Positions 36,901 through 49,387 of a stretch of 64,000 nucleotides of DNA are shown piece by piece. The notes beneath the pieces were generated by a model. It had not been told where the DNA came from and made no database searches. It worked only from the letters and a program-made list of their open reading frames with translations. This stretch comes from Paragordius varius (taxonomy: Eukaryota > Animalia > Nematomorpha): contig OZ176055.1 in NCBI GenBank assembly GCA_964247055.1, forward strand, positions 1,674,001-1,738,000. Direction: 5' to 3'. Positions within the stretch are counted from its first letter, which is position 1, and every line of letters starts with the position of its first letter. The position numbers were made by a program, and so were the translations under genes.

Positions 36901-39507
36901 AAGTTATATTCATATAATAGGCAAAACAATTTTTGAATTCGCAAGACTTACAAGACCATACCTATATCGATTGCAATCTTGAGGACCTTTTACTTAAACC
37001 TGCCCGCGATACCGAACATACCCATATACAACTTTTAAAACAAGGTTAATTATTTTAATGTGTTAAAAAAAATTGGAATTAGTTTTATTATAAAACAAAG
37101 TATAGTAATAAAAGTATGCCTAATGGTTGATTCTTTCGCACTATGAAATTTGCAACACAGTAGTCGAAAAATAACCAAATATTGAATAAACAATTATTTC
37201 CTTTCTTTTTTTTTCATACACTTCTGTGTTGCGAATTGCACTACTATATAGTGTGAAATAAGCAACCATTAAAATGCATACTGAAAATAACATCAAGACA
37301 AATATCACAAATCACATTTTTACGTTATTGATATAAAACTTATCGTAATGGGTAGTAAAATACGAAATAGACATGTAACTGATGTGACATAATTGCATAG
37401 GTTATATTCATAAATATTAAGGATTAAAATATTTTATTTGAAAAAAAAAAAAAATAATTTTTTTCCATTTTGTGTTTTGTTTTTATTATATCAGTATCTG
37501 TCATATCTGTATCGCTACTAATAAGACTATTTATTTTGCAAAAAATTAGTTTTGTAGTTGATAAGTTTGTTTTTTTTAAAAAAATTTAGTTTTTCATTAC
37601 AATTTAATATATAGTTACCTTTGAATTGCAATATTAACGAAAATTCAATCATTGCTATTTTTGTTAATATCAACTAACGTTTACAGTAAAGACTGATATA
37701 TTAATAAAACGTTGGTGTGCATAGAAATTTTTCCTGACTTTTTTAATGTTATCGGCATTATACAATAAATTGAAATTATGCGCACAAAACGCAAAAATTT
37801 AAAGACAAATCTGTTTTTCTACAAGAAAACTATACTATTTTAAATCTTAATTTTTCCCATATAAATTATCTTAACACAATGATAAAATATACAATTGTTT
37901 GTCTTATGAATGTACATTTATTTCTCTTTCATACTTTGATATTTTCACAATAATTTATGTTTAAAAAAATTTAGATTTATAAAAAATATGGTTGTCTTTT
38001 ACTGATCCAATATTTGTTTTTATAGTTTTTTTTGTATAATTTTTACTGTTATTTGTCATTTAGGGAGGAATATTTGTCTTTATAGTTTTTCTTTTTGTCC
38101 GTATAATTTCATTTTTATTGTTATTTGTATTTTACTAATCTAATATTTGTCTTTATATTTACTTTTGTCCGTATAATTTCAATTTTTATGTTATTTATCT
38201 TTTAAGGAAGAATTTTCTTTATAGTTTTTACGTTTTGTCCGTATAATTTCAATTTTTACTGTTATTTGTCTTTTAGGGAGGAATATTTATCTTTATAGTT
38301 TTACGTTTTGTCCGTAAAATTTCAATAATTTCAACTGTTATTTGTCTTTATGTTTTTACGTTTTGTCCGTATAATTTCAATTTTTACTGTTATTTGTCTT
38401 TTAGGGAGGAATATTTATCTTTATAGTTTTACGTTTTGTCCGTAAAATTTCAATAATCAACTGTTATTTGTCTTTATAGTTTTTACGTTTTTGTCCGTAT
38501 AATTTCAATTTTACTGTTATTTGTCTTTAACTAATCTAATATGTTCTTTATAGTATTTACGTTTGGTCCATATAATTTCAATTTTTACTGTTATTTGTCA
38601 TTTAGGGAGAAATATTTGTCTTTATATTTTTCATTTTGTCCATATAATTTTTTTTGTCCTTTAAAAAAGAATATTTGTCTTTATAGTTTTTACGTTTTGT
38701 CCGTATAATATCAATAATTACAAATGTAATAATACATTTAGCCTGTTCCTTAATTGATGGTTGTTTGCAATGGGATCCGACACTCAGATCGAATGCCTTA
38801 CAATGCTTGGCTCACCCATTTTTTCAGAAGACCTTATCCGATATAACGGATGAACCTGATTGTCCAGAAAATTTAGCTATAAAACTTGATACTTTATTAC
38901 TGTCTTTTAACACTCCTACTAATTCAATCAAAGGTAGGCAAATGTGCTACTTTTTTAAAGTTTTTTTTAAAAGATTATTTTTCACAGTGAAAATTACACA
39001 AAAAAAATTGTTAGTTGATTCTATGGTTTTTATTATATAATACTTACTTTTTATATCATTATATAATAGTTTCATTTGTTTGACTAAAGATTTGGAAAAT
39101 AAAGAATCAGATCCAAAATTTATGATATTTGAAAAAAATTAACATGAATTACAAGTTAGTTTATACCATTTAAAATTGTAATGGTTATTTATTCATCCAA
39201 TAACTATCTTTTAATAAGCCATTATTTGTCAAGATATGAAAATAACTAATGGACAAAAAGATAAATTCATATGATTAATATACCTATTTTTATAGATAAA
39301 AAAGCACACGAAATAAATCCTACAAACATTACCGAACATAACCAAGATATTAATCTCCATTATGCCCAAATCGAGCATTTAAAAGGTCATTGTTTTGTTT
39401 TGCCTATCTAAATGCAACTTTTGATGGAGTTTTATATGAATAATTTTATTTTTCATTTAGAAGCAATCTTAAAGGAAATTAAAGAATTTGAGCCTCAGTC
39501 AGAATAA
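33939..39507 (+). CDS. p38: p38 MAP kinase (TGY), 11 exons, 412 aa
   Basis: Exons 33939-34030, 34057-34239, 34262-34373, 34399-34476, 34601-34763, 35832-35903, 36190-36275, 36921-37044, 38742-38933, 39296-39385, 39461-39507 (1239 nt). Motifs [78 protein letters not shown]. Confidence 0.93.
36520..36708. mobile_element. MITE family B (p38 intron 7)
   Basis: TA-CAGTATGC...GCATACTG-TA hairpin. Confidence 0.9.
37113..37283. mobile_element. MITE family B, degenerate (p38 intron 8)
   Basis: agtatgcctaatggttga ... gcaaccattaaaatgcatactg. Confidence 0.8.
37981..38718. repeat. Minisatellite, about 11 units of 56-73 bp (p38 intron 8)
   Basis: Recurrent ttttgtccgtataatttcaatttttactgttatttgtc..ttagggaggaatatttgtctttatagtttttacg; the core matches the right TIR of MITE family C. 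Confidence 0.92.
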
Positions 39508-39708
39508 AAAGCATATACTAAACTTCACAAATTACAATGCAATTCATATATATTATCACTATCTTATATAGCAAATAATATTTTATTGTGGGTTAATATA
39601 ATTCAATTTGATCTGGTCAATTATACATTAGACCATCAGTTATAATTGTGACCACCAAATATATAAATAATGCTCATCGACCTTTTATGGAATATTAATA
39701 TGCAAATA

Positions 39709-39892
39709 CAGTATGCATTTTAATGGTTGCTTATTTCACACTATAGTTGGGGAGGGCAATTTGCGACAGGAGTGTATGGAAGAAAGGAAGGAAATAATTG
39801 TTTATTCAACTTTTCATAGTTTTTTTATACACTACTGTGTTGCAAATTGCCCTACTATAGTGTGAATTAAGCAACCATTAAAATGCATACTG
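39709..39892. mobile_element. MITE family B, about 200 bp downstream of the p38 stop
   Basis: TA-CAGTATGCATTTTAATGG...CCATTAAAATGCATACTG-TA. Confidence 0.92.
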
Positions 39893-40365
39893 TATTTGCA
39901 TATTAATATTCCATAAAAAAAGAAAATGCGTCGATTTGTATAACGATTTTTGTTATGAATTTTTATAAAATATGGTAGTTTGTTTTTTCATCTTGCATAA
40001 AATAATTTTTATACCTTATAAAAGATAATTTAAGTGCACAAAATTCTGGATTCTGTTTTTGTCTGAATTTTGCTTACTTAACCGACCTTAAGCTTGCCAA
40101 CACATGTATTTTAGGCTATATTTAATAATAATTTAAAATTAAGCCGTAATATGTTACTCAGTAACAAAAATCTCATATTTCTGTCTTGTTGTTTATACTA
40201 TAGTTATTGGCTTAAGTAGGAATATATATTGTATAGCGTTTATGCTAGTAAACCTAATTAATTTACCTATTATCAGCACATTAGGAAAAAATAATATATG
40301 GCAAAAACCGCGTCGGTTAATTACTTTATGTAACAAAAAAATTTTCATAAAAACATACTAATGTA

Positions 40366-40633
40366 CAGTGAAAATTTAGTTTTTACGGAAGGTATAAATA
40401 TAAAGACAATTTTTTCTAAAAGAGAGAACCATAGTTTTTAAATCTCGATTTTTTAAATATCATTCTTTAAAATTGCAAAGTATAAAATAGAGATGTATAT
40501 TGGTAACCAATCAATTAGATATTTATAAATTAATATTTTATATAATAAAAATTATGGTTTAAAAAGGTCGCTTTTGAAAAAAAATAATAGTTTGTATTTT
40601 TACGTTTTGTCCGTATAATATCAATTTTTACTG
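40366..40633. mobile_element. MITE family C
   Basis: TA-CAGTGAAAATTTAG ... TTTTTACGTTTTGTCCGTATAATATCAATTTTTACTG; internal similarity to 21986-22274. Confidence 0.75.
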
Positions 40634-41051
40634 TGTCTTTTTTGGGGCTTGAAAGCCTCACAAGTATTAATCAGTTAAAATTAAAATAAATTTAAAAGGT
40701 ATTAACTTTAAGTATGTACAGAAAACGCCAACTTTAATTTACAGTTAGAGCAAAAATCGAATGTTATAAAGCATTAATGCTAGATAACTAAAAGCTTCAG
40801 GATCATGAATATCATAATGATAAATGCGGTTAAATATTAGAAAAAAAGTTAATTTAATATTTTGTGCTGTTTAACAAAAATAAATTTTAGACATTAGGTC
40901 GAATAAAATTACATAGAGAGAAACGGGTCGAATATATTATGTATCATAAGGATATTCGATGAAAGATCATCAATAAAAAATATACATTTTTGGAATGATT
41001 AAATCGCATCTTGGCTTACAAATCGGAAAAAAATTGCTATTATGCGGTAAA

Positions 41052-41054
<3 letters not shown>

Positions 41055-41091
<37 letters not shown>

Positions 41092-41103
41092 GTGTGTGTG
41101 TGT
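41055..41103. repeat. Compound (TA)n(TG)n microsatellite
   Basis: About 17 TA units followed by about 6 TG units. Confidence 0.95.
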
Positions 41104-42010
41104 AGAGTTTACCCAATATATCGCGTGAAAAAAAGGAAAATATTAAAAAACTTTTTATTTGCACCAAAGCGGAAACAGCTATAATTTTTTCCGAAACATC
41201 TAATTATATACAACAATAATACTTTTAATTCGATCCAGAAAAACATATCATCTCCGATTTTAATTTAGGGTATATTAATATAAAAACTGCGGTTAAATAT
41301 AATTGGCATAACTTCCTAAACCAAAAAACTGTCAACAGATTGTCTGCATTAGGCATAGGAAAGGTATATTTAATATATATTGGATGATATAGTTTATTTC
41401 CTCTTTAATGCAAATTATCAAAAAAATTTATAAGGCTAAATTATTTTTTGTATGCGATATGTTGGGTTTATTAGGTATATATTTAAGTATTAATAAATGA
41501 TAGTTAATATAAAATTCAAAAATTTTATCAATTTTACGCCATAGTACAATAAAGTTTTTTTCTTGTAAGTCATTTTATGACCTAATATGGATAATATTTT
41601 AAAAAGATTATCCTAAGAATATATTTTAATTTAGTTTCGTTACTGCGATATTAATGCAATTTTTTCAGTTTGGCTAATAAGAGAAAATAACATTTTTTTC
41701 GAGAGTTTTAACCGCATTTTCATTCCCATATTGATTATGCTAGCAGAATGATATATGATTCATATATATTTATAGTTTGATCTACATTTGCCGCAAAAGT
41801 TATAGATGATGTGGGCTCTTCCATTAATTAGGCAAATATACTACATTTTTGCCTACTTTTTATTAAGTCATATCAGATATTAAACGCGTAAATCACTTAA
41901 ATTTCAATTTCTATATGAATAATACCAAAAACATTTTTCAATTTAATTTAATTTAATACAAATAAATATACAAATCAAGTATATGTACAAAAATAAAAGT
42001 TCCAGCAAAA

Positions 42011-44450
42011 TTAATCAGGGGGTGGGGGTGGAGGGGGACTCCCTTCGCTACTACTAGAGGTGTCTGCATCTTTTGATTCAACTTCCTCATTAATATTTTT
42101 ATTGGAACTAAGATTATTACTTCCAATAAATATATTTGGAGTAGAATCAAGAGAATTTTGTGAATTTAAAACTACTCCAACATCATTGTAATTTAAGTCA
42201 TATAGGCTTGGGCTAAGATTTTTTGATAATAGAGGCGAGATCACATTATTTTCCAAAGTTTCAAGCAGGGGTGGTGGTGGAGGAGGGGGTGGCGGACTAC
42301 CACTGTCAGACGAAGATGGCGATGATTCATGATTGGCATAATTATCATTAAAATTTTCTTTATATTCAGCATGAGGTGTATGCTTTTCACTTGTATTTTT
42401 TAAACAGGGCTGTTGTTTTTGAACTATAGATATGTGATTTTTATGTTCATGAAATGTATTTGCTTGGTTGTTAGAAGCGTGAACAGCTTTATGAATGAAA
42501 GGTTGTGATGAATTTATTTTTTTTGCCTTGCCTATACTCTTATCCGGGATGCTTGGGTTTGATATTTTAGGTAAGTTAATTTTTGACATGAGTAGATTTG
42601 TTATGTTAGAAAATAATTCATCGGGGTTAGATTTTTTGTTATCAAAGTCATTATATCCAACATCACTAATACCATTAGAAATAGGGATATTTTTAGCACA
42701 TAACTCTAATATCTTATCTAAGAGCTCTGTCCGATGTAACTCTAATAAAAGACGCGATATATGATTATTTTTTTCAATTTTTTTCTTCAAAACATCCAAG
42801 GCCTGTTGTTGAATTTTATCTTCTGTATTATATGATTTAGATGGTAAAACATCATTAAAATATTCATTTGATGTCATGGTAGCGATTGAAACCGTAGGAG
42901 TTGATAAAGTAACTTGAACTTCAGAATCTACTCTTTGTATGGAATTCATATGCGAATTACCAGTTTGAGTATATTTGTCACTTTTTGAGTTTAAATTGAC
43001 TTTAGTTGAATTGAAAGAGTTGTTAAAATTCTTTGAATTTATATTTTCTACTAAATGATTATCCACACCAACTAGATTTGTACGTTCCACATTTACTTTA
43101 GCTAATAATTGTTCAGGAGAAACAGTGGAAAACCATTTAGGGTTAATTGAATATGTAAGTTGTTTTTCAGTTTTCGATGTATACTTTACATGACCATCTG
43201 GAATGCTAGCTTCTTCAAGAGTATTTTTCGCTAAAAGATAATGTTCAGTTTTAAGTAATTGTTTCTCCCCATTGTTTAAAATATTTGAAGTATTTGAGTT
43301 TGGACTGTTTAAAAATTTTGGGCAAACAAAAAGCAGATCAGGTTCACTATCATCCATTGCATACAAAAAGGGACATGGTTGACACCTAAAATTTAAATAA
43401 ATTTTTAATAATAAAACCTAGTGCATTTATAAAAACGGATATATAATATGTATATACCTTTCCGATTCAGAATGATGACTAGAGTCTTTAGTTAACAACT
43501 TTGCCTTTTTATTTTTAGATTTTTTATGGTTCTTTTTGTGTTTTTTAGCAGACTTTTTATGTTTTTTGTGATGATTCTTGGTACGGTAACTGGAGTCCGA
43601 TTGAGTGGCAGATTTTTCAAACGTTTTAGGGGATGATTCGTTGGTATGATTTGGTAACGATTGCTTAGGAGATGGGGTAGATGAAAAAAACATAACATTT
43701 TCAGCGGGTTTTGCATTGTTAATCTCCAAAATTATGTCCGATAAATTGTCTAACTTGTCAAACATTTCGAATTGATTGCTGTTTGATAAGGAAGAATGAC
43801 CCTCATTTTCGGGTAATGAAACATTATGGGTAGTTTCAGGTCTGTACAAATTGGTTTTTAAGCTAAATTTTATGCTACTAGCGCTACTGTCTTCATTTTC
43901 TTCGCTTGAACTTGGGTAATAAAAGTCCAAACTTTTTAGCATGGCCTTACGTTCTTGTATATTCTTTGATATATATAATTTTTTATTTTGCTTAGGTACA
44001 ACTACTATTTTTTTGTTCTTGAATCCACTAAAGTCATTATGTGTTTCTAAAGGTATCGGTATATCATCACATACTAAGGGCTTGGGTAGCGGAACATCTT
44101 CTAAGCCGTTTATGATTGATCTAAATAAAAATTCCAAATACCTAGTATTATTATAAATCATTTCGGTGTCGTCTTCGGCCATAAGAAAGGGATCGTATTT
44201 TTGTTGCTTGGGCATGCCTTTGTCAGATGTCTTAAGCATGTTAAGGAAAAAATGTGCTATTCTATAAAAAAAATTTAATTTATTTTTTACTATATTTTCC
44301 ATTACCATTCTCCTATTATTGGGCAAATTTACAAGGTAAAATATTAAAATAAGTAAAAAGTTTTATTAAAAAAATTTTCAAAAAACAAATATACCTGAAC
44401 TTGAGTTTTTTGCTATTTCCGCCTAATATGAACGCATTAGTAAAACATCT
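42011..44450 (-). CDS. Large uncharacterised Ser/Pro/Lys-rich protein (3' part; at least ~730 aa, 5' end unresolved)
   Basis: Exons 44261-43458 and 43385-42011 join in phase across a 72-nt GT-AG intron. A further in-phase exon ends at 44395 (..LGGNSKKLKFR|IAHFF..). Contains a KKHKK basic stretch and two SSSS(D/E)..GSPPPPPPP motifs. No family recognised. Confidence 0.75.
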
Positions 44451-44459
44451 ATCTTTTAA

Positions 44460-45036
44460 CAAATCGATTCAAATTGGGGTATCTAAATACCCCAGACAAA
44501 ATTTGAGTTAGGATTTTTATAAAACTACTGAAGGAAACGGTCCCAATTTAAATTTTGCTCCTATCCTAATAGAAATTATATATATACCATATCTAAATAA
44601 AATTTTGTTTTGAAAAAAAATTCCATGTCAAACTACTTTGACGCCATTTTTTTTACAAAATTTTTGCAAAATATCGTCTTGATTTAATTCTAAGGGTAAA
44701 ATTAAAGCTAATTTTTTATTTAAATTACATCTAACATTGATAAAAATAGAAAAAGCTGTTTATTCTGTTTTATTTTTCATTTTACCATTGCACAACACAC
44801 ATGTCATGTTGACTAAATTTTTGCCTTTCGGTTTTAGCTTTAAATAAGTATTATCAAGTATTTTTGAATAAATTTTTTTATAATTCTCGGTTTATTAATG
44901 TTATATAAGTGAAAGATTTCGCTATGGTTTTGATCCCTTCTATATTTTTTACAAAATTTAATTTCAAACAGGTCTGGGGTATTTAACTACCCCAATTTGA
45001 ATCGGAGGACTAAAATAAATGTGTTGTATCCAAGTG
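44460..45036. mobile_element. MITE family D, piggyBac-like
   Basis: TTAA (44456-44459) caaatcgattcaaattggggtatc ... ttgtatccaagtg TTAA (45037-45040). Confidence 0.9.
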
Positions 45037-47892
45037 TTAAAGTAGTAGTCTATCCTACTTGATATTTTAAGTTCAGTACGAAAAATTTTATTACTTACAA
45101 AAAGGACAAAATAGATAAATTTCTGCCAACTTTTTAAAAATATGTATACAGTTTACGCGATAAAAATATGCAATATATATAGTCTGATAAAAAATGTAAT
45201 AACAATCTCATTATAATTTTGATTTAATGGTATCAATAAAAAAATTTCCTTTATTATCGTAAATTTAAATTTTTTAAAGTTTTATATCAAAATTTGTTAT
45301 CCTTATTAATTTATATGTGAGCTCCGAAAGTTTAATACGAACCTAAAGGGAGAAATTGAGATATGAATAAATATATGATACGAAAGTATATAACCTTTGC
45401 ACTTCAGGAATTCCCTTTAACACATCATTGGTCCTTGAGCGTTTTATATTTGAAAAATATATATTTCGTGGATCTATCATTAATTTTTATATTTTCTTTT
45501 TAGATAACATTTGGACTAGTTTCAGAGCATAAACTTAATGGTGTTTTAAACGTTTTTTACGTTTAATTTTATAAACCTTGTTTTGTAGATAAATTGCATA
45601 TCTTTTTTTGTTTTCCCACTTTACTCGAAACTAAATTAGCTCCAACAGTGGAAAAATCATTAAACTTAAGTTTATAATCAATCAAAAGAACTCCCTTCCT
45701 TAACAATTTTTTATAAGTATAATGATAAATTTTTTTAAAAGTTTAGCATAAATGTAGGTAATAAGTTTTAAATGATAGGAATGATAAATTTACCAAATGT
45801 GCAAATATTTTTAAATTATTATTGGTTGACATCAAATAATCAAAGACCCTTGAATGGTATATCATTACTGAAACGGCACCATTGTTTTTGTAGGTTTTTA
45901 AGCATTGTTTAATAAATACGATATAAAATCAAAAAATGTTTTTATCACCCCACCCAATGTGTGCTATTTTGCGATTTTTCCACATAAAACAATAATTACA
46001 AAAATGAAACTAAAATGATATGAGGCCATAACCAAAGACATCATGGCTATCCTGATACATTAAGCGTTCAATTTATTTATAACAGATATAAAACGAATTT
46101 CGCTTATTTAATTAAATTTATGTTGAAAATGAAGCATGGTAATTACAATTATTTGTTGTTTTTTACCATGCGCTACTGTATAACCTATATGGCAAAAATA
46201 ATGTCAACAAACATTGATGTGTTTAATTGTAAATAATTAGGATGATTATGTGTGAACTTTGTAATTTTTAAAGATAGTTCTTATAACATGGTAAGAGATG
46301 TATATTATGTTTTTTTCTTAATTATAATTTTTATTCGACCAATGTGTATGAAAATATGAGTTTTCGATTATTATGAGAAGTACAAACAATGGGATGACCT
46401 TTTCAATATTATGTTAGTATTTAAAATTCATAGTAAAGTAATGAGTTCTTTTATAGATTTCAAACATTTATTGAGTCTGTATATATTATATATATTAAGG
46501 TAATTAACCAGCAATAATGTATGGTAAAAGTATCAAACATATTTTATGAACATGGGATACATTATCATTTATAAACAGTATGGTTCGTCAACATCCCTAG
46601 TGGAAAAGTTGGATTGAGGAGTCTCAATTTAAAAACAACTAATTTTAGCAGATGATTTGACACACAAACACAAGAAAATAACCCTAAACACGATCCTGAT
46701 TAAATTTATTTTCAGGTCTTTAAAGCCTTAACCAACTTCTAAGATTTAAAAGCTTGTGTTTATAGGTACAAGCTATTTTGTTTCCGCTTGTAACAATTAC
46801 TCTTATTCAGTTTAATATATTGAAAATTGCACCGGTTCGATTAGACCAACAGGCCAGTTTTTTAAAAATCATCGCTCGGCAGTTTTGTATTCACTCATGA
46901 TAGACATCAGAGGCGTAAATGCATGCTTGGAGGCGATTCAGATCGCCTTAGTTAAATCATATAAATGAAAAATTTATACGTACTTATCATATTTTTAATT
47001 TTTATAATAAAAATGTATTTATGTGACATAAAATATGTAATAACTAGATGGCGTTATTTTCACGCACGAATATTACGGCTGGACACTTAAAATTCATAAA
47101 TGTTTCTTGCCACGTTTGTAATAAAAAATCTATAATTTATTTTCATGTTTTATATTTTTAAAATTTTATAATATTTACAGCTTGTTGTAATTGTTTATAT
47201 TGTACTTTTTAAGCACATGATGAATTCATAAGAGCTTTTTAACCATGATATTACTATGATTATTATAATGATAGGACTGATCTTTTAATTTTTAATATTA
47301 AATTTCTTTCTAATAATTTTTAATATATTTTAACATGACCAAATATTTCATTACCTTTTCATTTTTTGTCCTAGTTCACATTTTTGGTTAATTTTATAAG
47401 TCGGAGCTCAATTTTAACTGCATTTTTGAAAGTTATTTTAGTTTAAATTTAATTATCAAATGTTCTCAACAAGTCATGACCAGGTCAGTGATTATTTACT
47501 TTTTGACCTCGGTCATTTAAAAAACAGCTGTTTTTTTGAAAAATTGCTAGTAAATTTTTTTTGTAAGAAAGATATTTTGATTTTATATTGTTAAACATGC
47601 ATCCTTATAACATTATTTAAGTATATACAGTTATTTCGAAAAACAAAACTATAAGCACATTGCAAAATATGCAATTATTCCATATATGTGAACCAATAAA
47701 ATAAAAAACAACCTATAATAGGATATTTTATTAATGAAAGAAAGTGTAAATCAAACTAGGTAAAATCTTATTTAAAATATCCAGTATATAAAGGCTATGT
47801 ATTTGAAGATTCAGAAGACCACAAATATGTGGCAAAATTTATTTTAAAACAAATTTCTTGATTAAATTTGATTGAAACAATTTGTAAATATA

Positions 47893-48268
47893 CCATTTAC
47901 AGTTCAAATTCACCCTTAAACAATTCAAATTCACCCTTGAACAATTCAAATTCACCCTTGAACAATTCAAATTACCCTCAAACAATTCAAATCACCTAAA
48001 AATAAATTATGAAATTTTGGTCTAATATAACTCATTATTAAAATAAAATATATTTTTATGGCAAAGTTTATTATTTTTTTCAGTATTATTTTGATTACAT
48101 ACAAAATTTCTTTTTTAAAAATATAAAAAAGTATAGGTAGGATATAATTTTAGAAAACACATAATTTATTTGAATTGTTCGAAGGTGAATTTGAATTGTT
48201 CAGGAGTGAATATGAAATGTTCAAGGGTGAATTTGAAGTGTTTAAGGCTGAATTTGAACTGTAAATGG
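47893..48268. mobile_element. MITE family A with expanded 21-bp subterminal repeats
   Basis: tata-CCATTTACAGTTCAAATTCACCC...GAATTTGAACTGTAAATGG-tata, with about 4 copies of ttcaaattcacccttgaacaa at each end. Confidence 0.92.
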
Positions 48269-48992
48269 TATATCAAAAAAATGTATAATACAAACATTAT
48301 ACAAAAGCCAGAAATTATTAGTGAAACGCAAGTGTAATTCGAACATTATTTTGCAATCCAATATCGCATGATACTTAATTAAGTAAAAAGTTGTCATGAC
48401 CATGGTCTGACTGGGTCTGACCGGACTTTTTTCTAAAACCAGTCAAATGCAGAACCCTAGTTCTCATGTATAAGATAAAAAATTATTTTACAGTTTTGTG
48501 ATCTCTAGAGCCTACAATTGGAAGACAGCTCCAAAACACGATTGAAACGAACAGTTGATATTATAATTATTTATCAAGTTTATGCTGGTAAAACGTAGCC
48601 TGAAAGCTTTTTAAAGTTAATTATTTACATTATCCAATTATATTAATATACATTTATTAGCCTGTTGTGTTAGCGAATTTAAATTTATTGAAAAAAAAAT
48701 GGCGTAAAGAAAGCATATTTTTTAATTAGGCTCGATACCATAAATACTTTTTATATTCATTTCAAATGGCTCTGGGATACAAAACTACCCCAAAAGGTTA
48801 TAAAGTGTTAAGATTAAATAATTAAATGAAACGACTGGAATGACTGCTAAATTCATAAACTAGATTTTAATTTAAACTACATGTAATTGTTATAAATCAA
48901 AAGGACTAAAAATAGTTAGTCTATCGTAGCAGGTTGGACATATTAGTATATTTTAATTAGCAACAGAGACTCTAAGAAACCCAAATTTTGTT

Positions 48993-49084
48993 GACAGTGT
49001 TTACCACGTGTCATAGTGTGAGACGCGTTTCGTCCTTGTTGTGGACTCATCAGCCACACATAATGAACACGGGTAAACACTGTC
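48993..49084 (-). ncRNA. Minimal type I hammerhead ribozyme motif (intact core)
   Basis: Minus strand: gacagtgtttacc-cgtgttcattatgtgtgg-CTGATGA-gtcc-acaacaa-ggac-GAAAC-gc-GTC^tcacactatgacacgt-ggtaaacactgtc. Conserved core, 4-bp stem II, palindromic ACGCGT stem III, GUC triplet, and long stem I closed by a 13-bp helix. Confidence 0.85.
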
Positions 49085-49299
49085 AGTTCAGGAATTGTAT
49101 ATATATTGAGTTTTAGAGAATTTGAAGCCGAATACAGTCGGAAAAATCAATATTTCAGAGCTTAGAGGTATCATAATATCTGGCTGATTCTAGTATAATC
49201 GGTTGTCCAATTTGGACTCTAAGCTCTGAAATATTGATTTCCCCGACTGTATTCGGTTTCAAATTCTCTAAAACTCAATATATATACAATTCCTGAACT

Positions 49300-49387
49300 G
49301 ACAGTGTTTACCTGTGTTCATTATGTGTGGCTGATGAGTCCACAACAAGAAACGTGTCTCACTCTATGACAAGTGGTAAACACTGTC
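49300..49387 (+). ncRNA. Degenerate hammerhead motif (stem II 3' strand deleted)
   Basis: gtgtgg-CTGATGA-gtccacaacaa-GAAAC-gt-GTC-tcac; lacks the ggac present in the mirror copy. Confidence 0.6.

Noticed and set aside
37981-38718. Repeat array as a possible CRISPR
   Set aside because: Eukaryotic intron, head-to-tail units without unique spacers, no cas genes; it is a TE-derived minisatellite.
42495-44156. Plus-strand ORFs 42495-42764 and 43941-44156, and alternative-frame ORFs 41953 and 43492
   Set aside because: Antisense or off-frame shadows of the long minus-strand gene.
45800-46700. Candidate upstream minus-strand exons of the 42-44 kb gene
   Set aside because: Short open stretches exist, but I could not build a unique phase-consistent chain or recognise homology.
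46830-48460. Scattered GACC/CCGG-rich motifs with a possible TAGGG hAT end at ~48455
   Set aside because: No matching partner terminus or TSD found.
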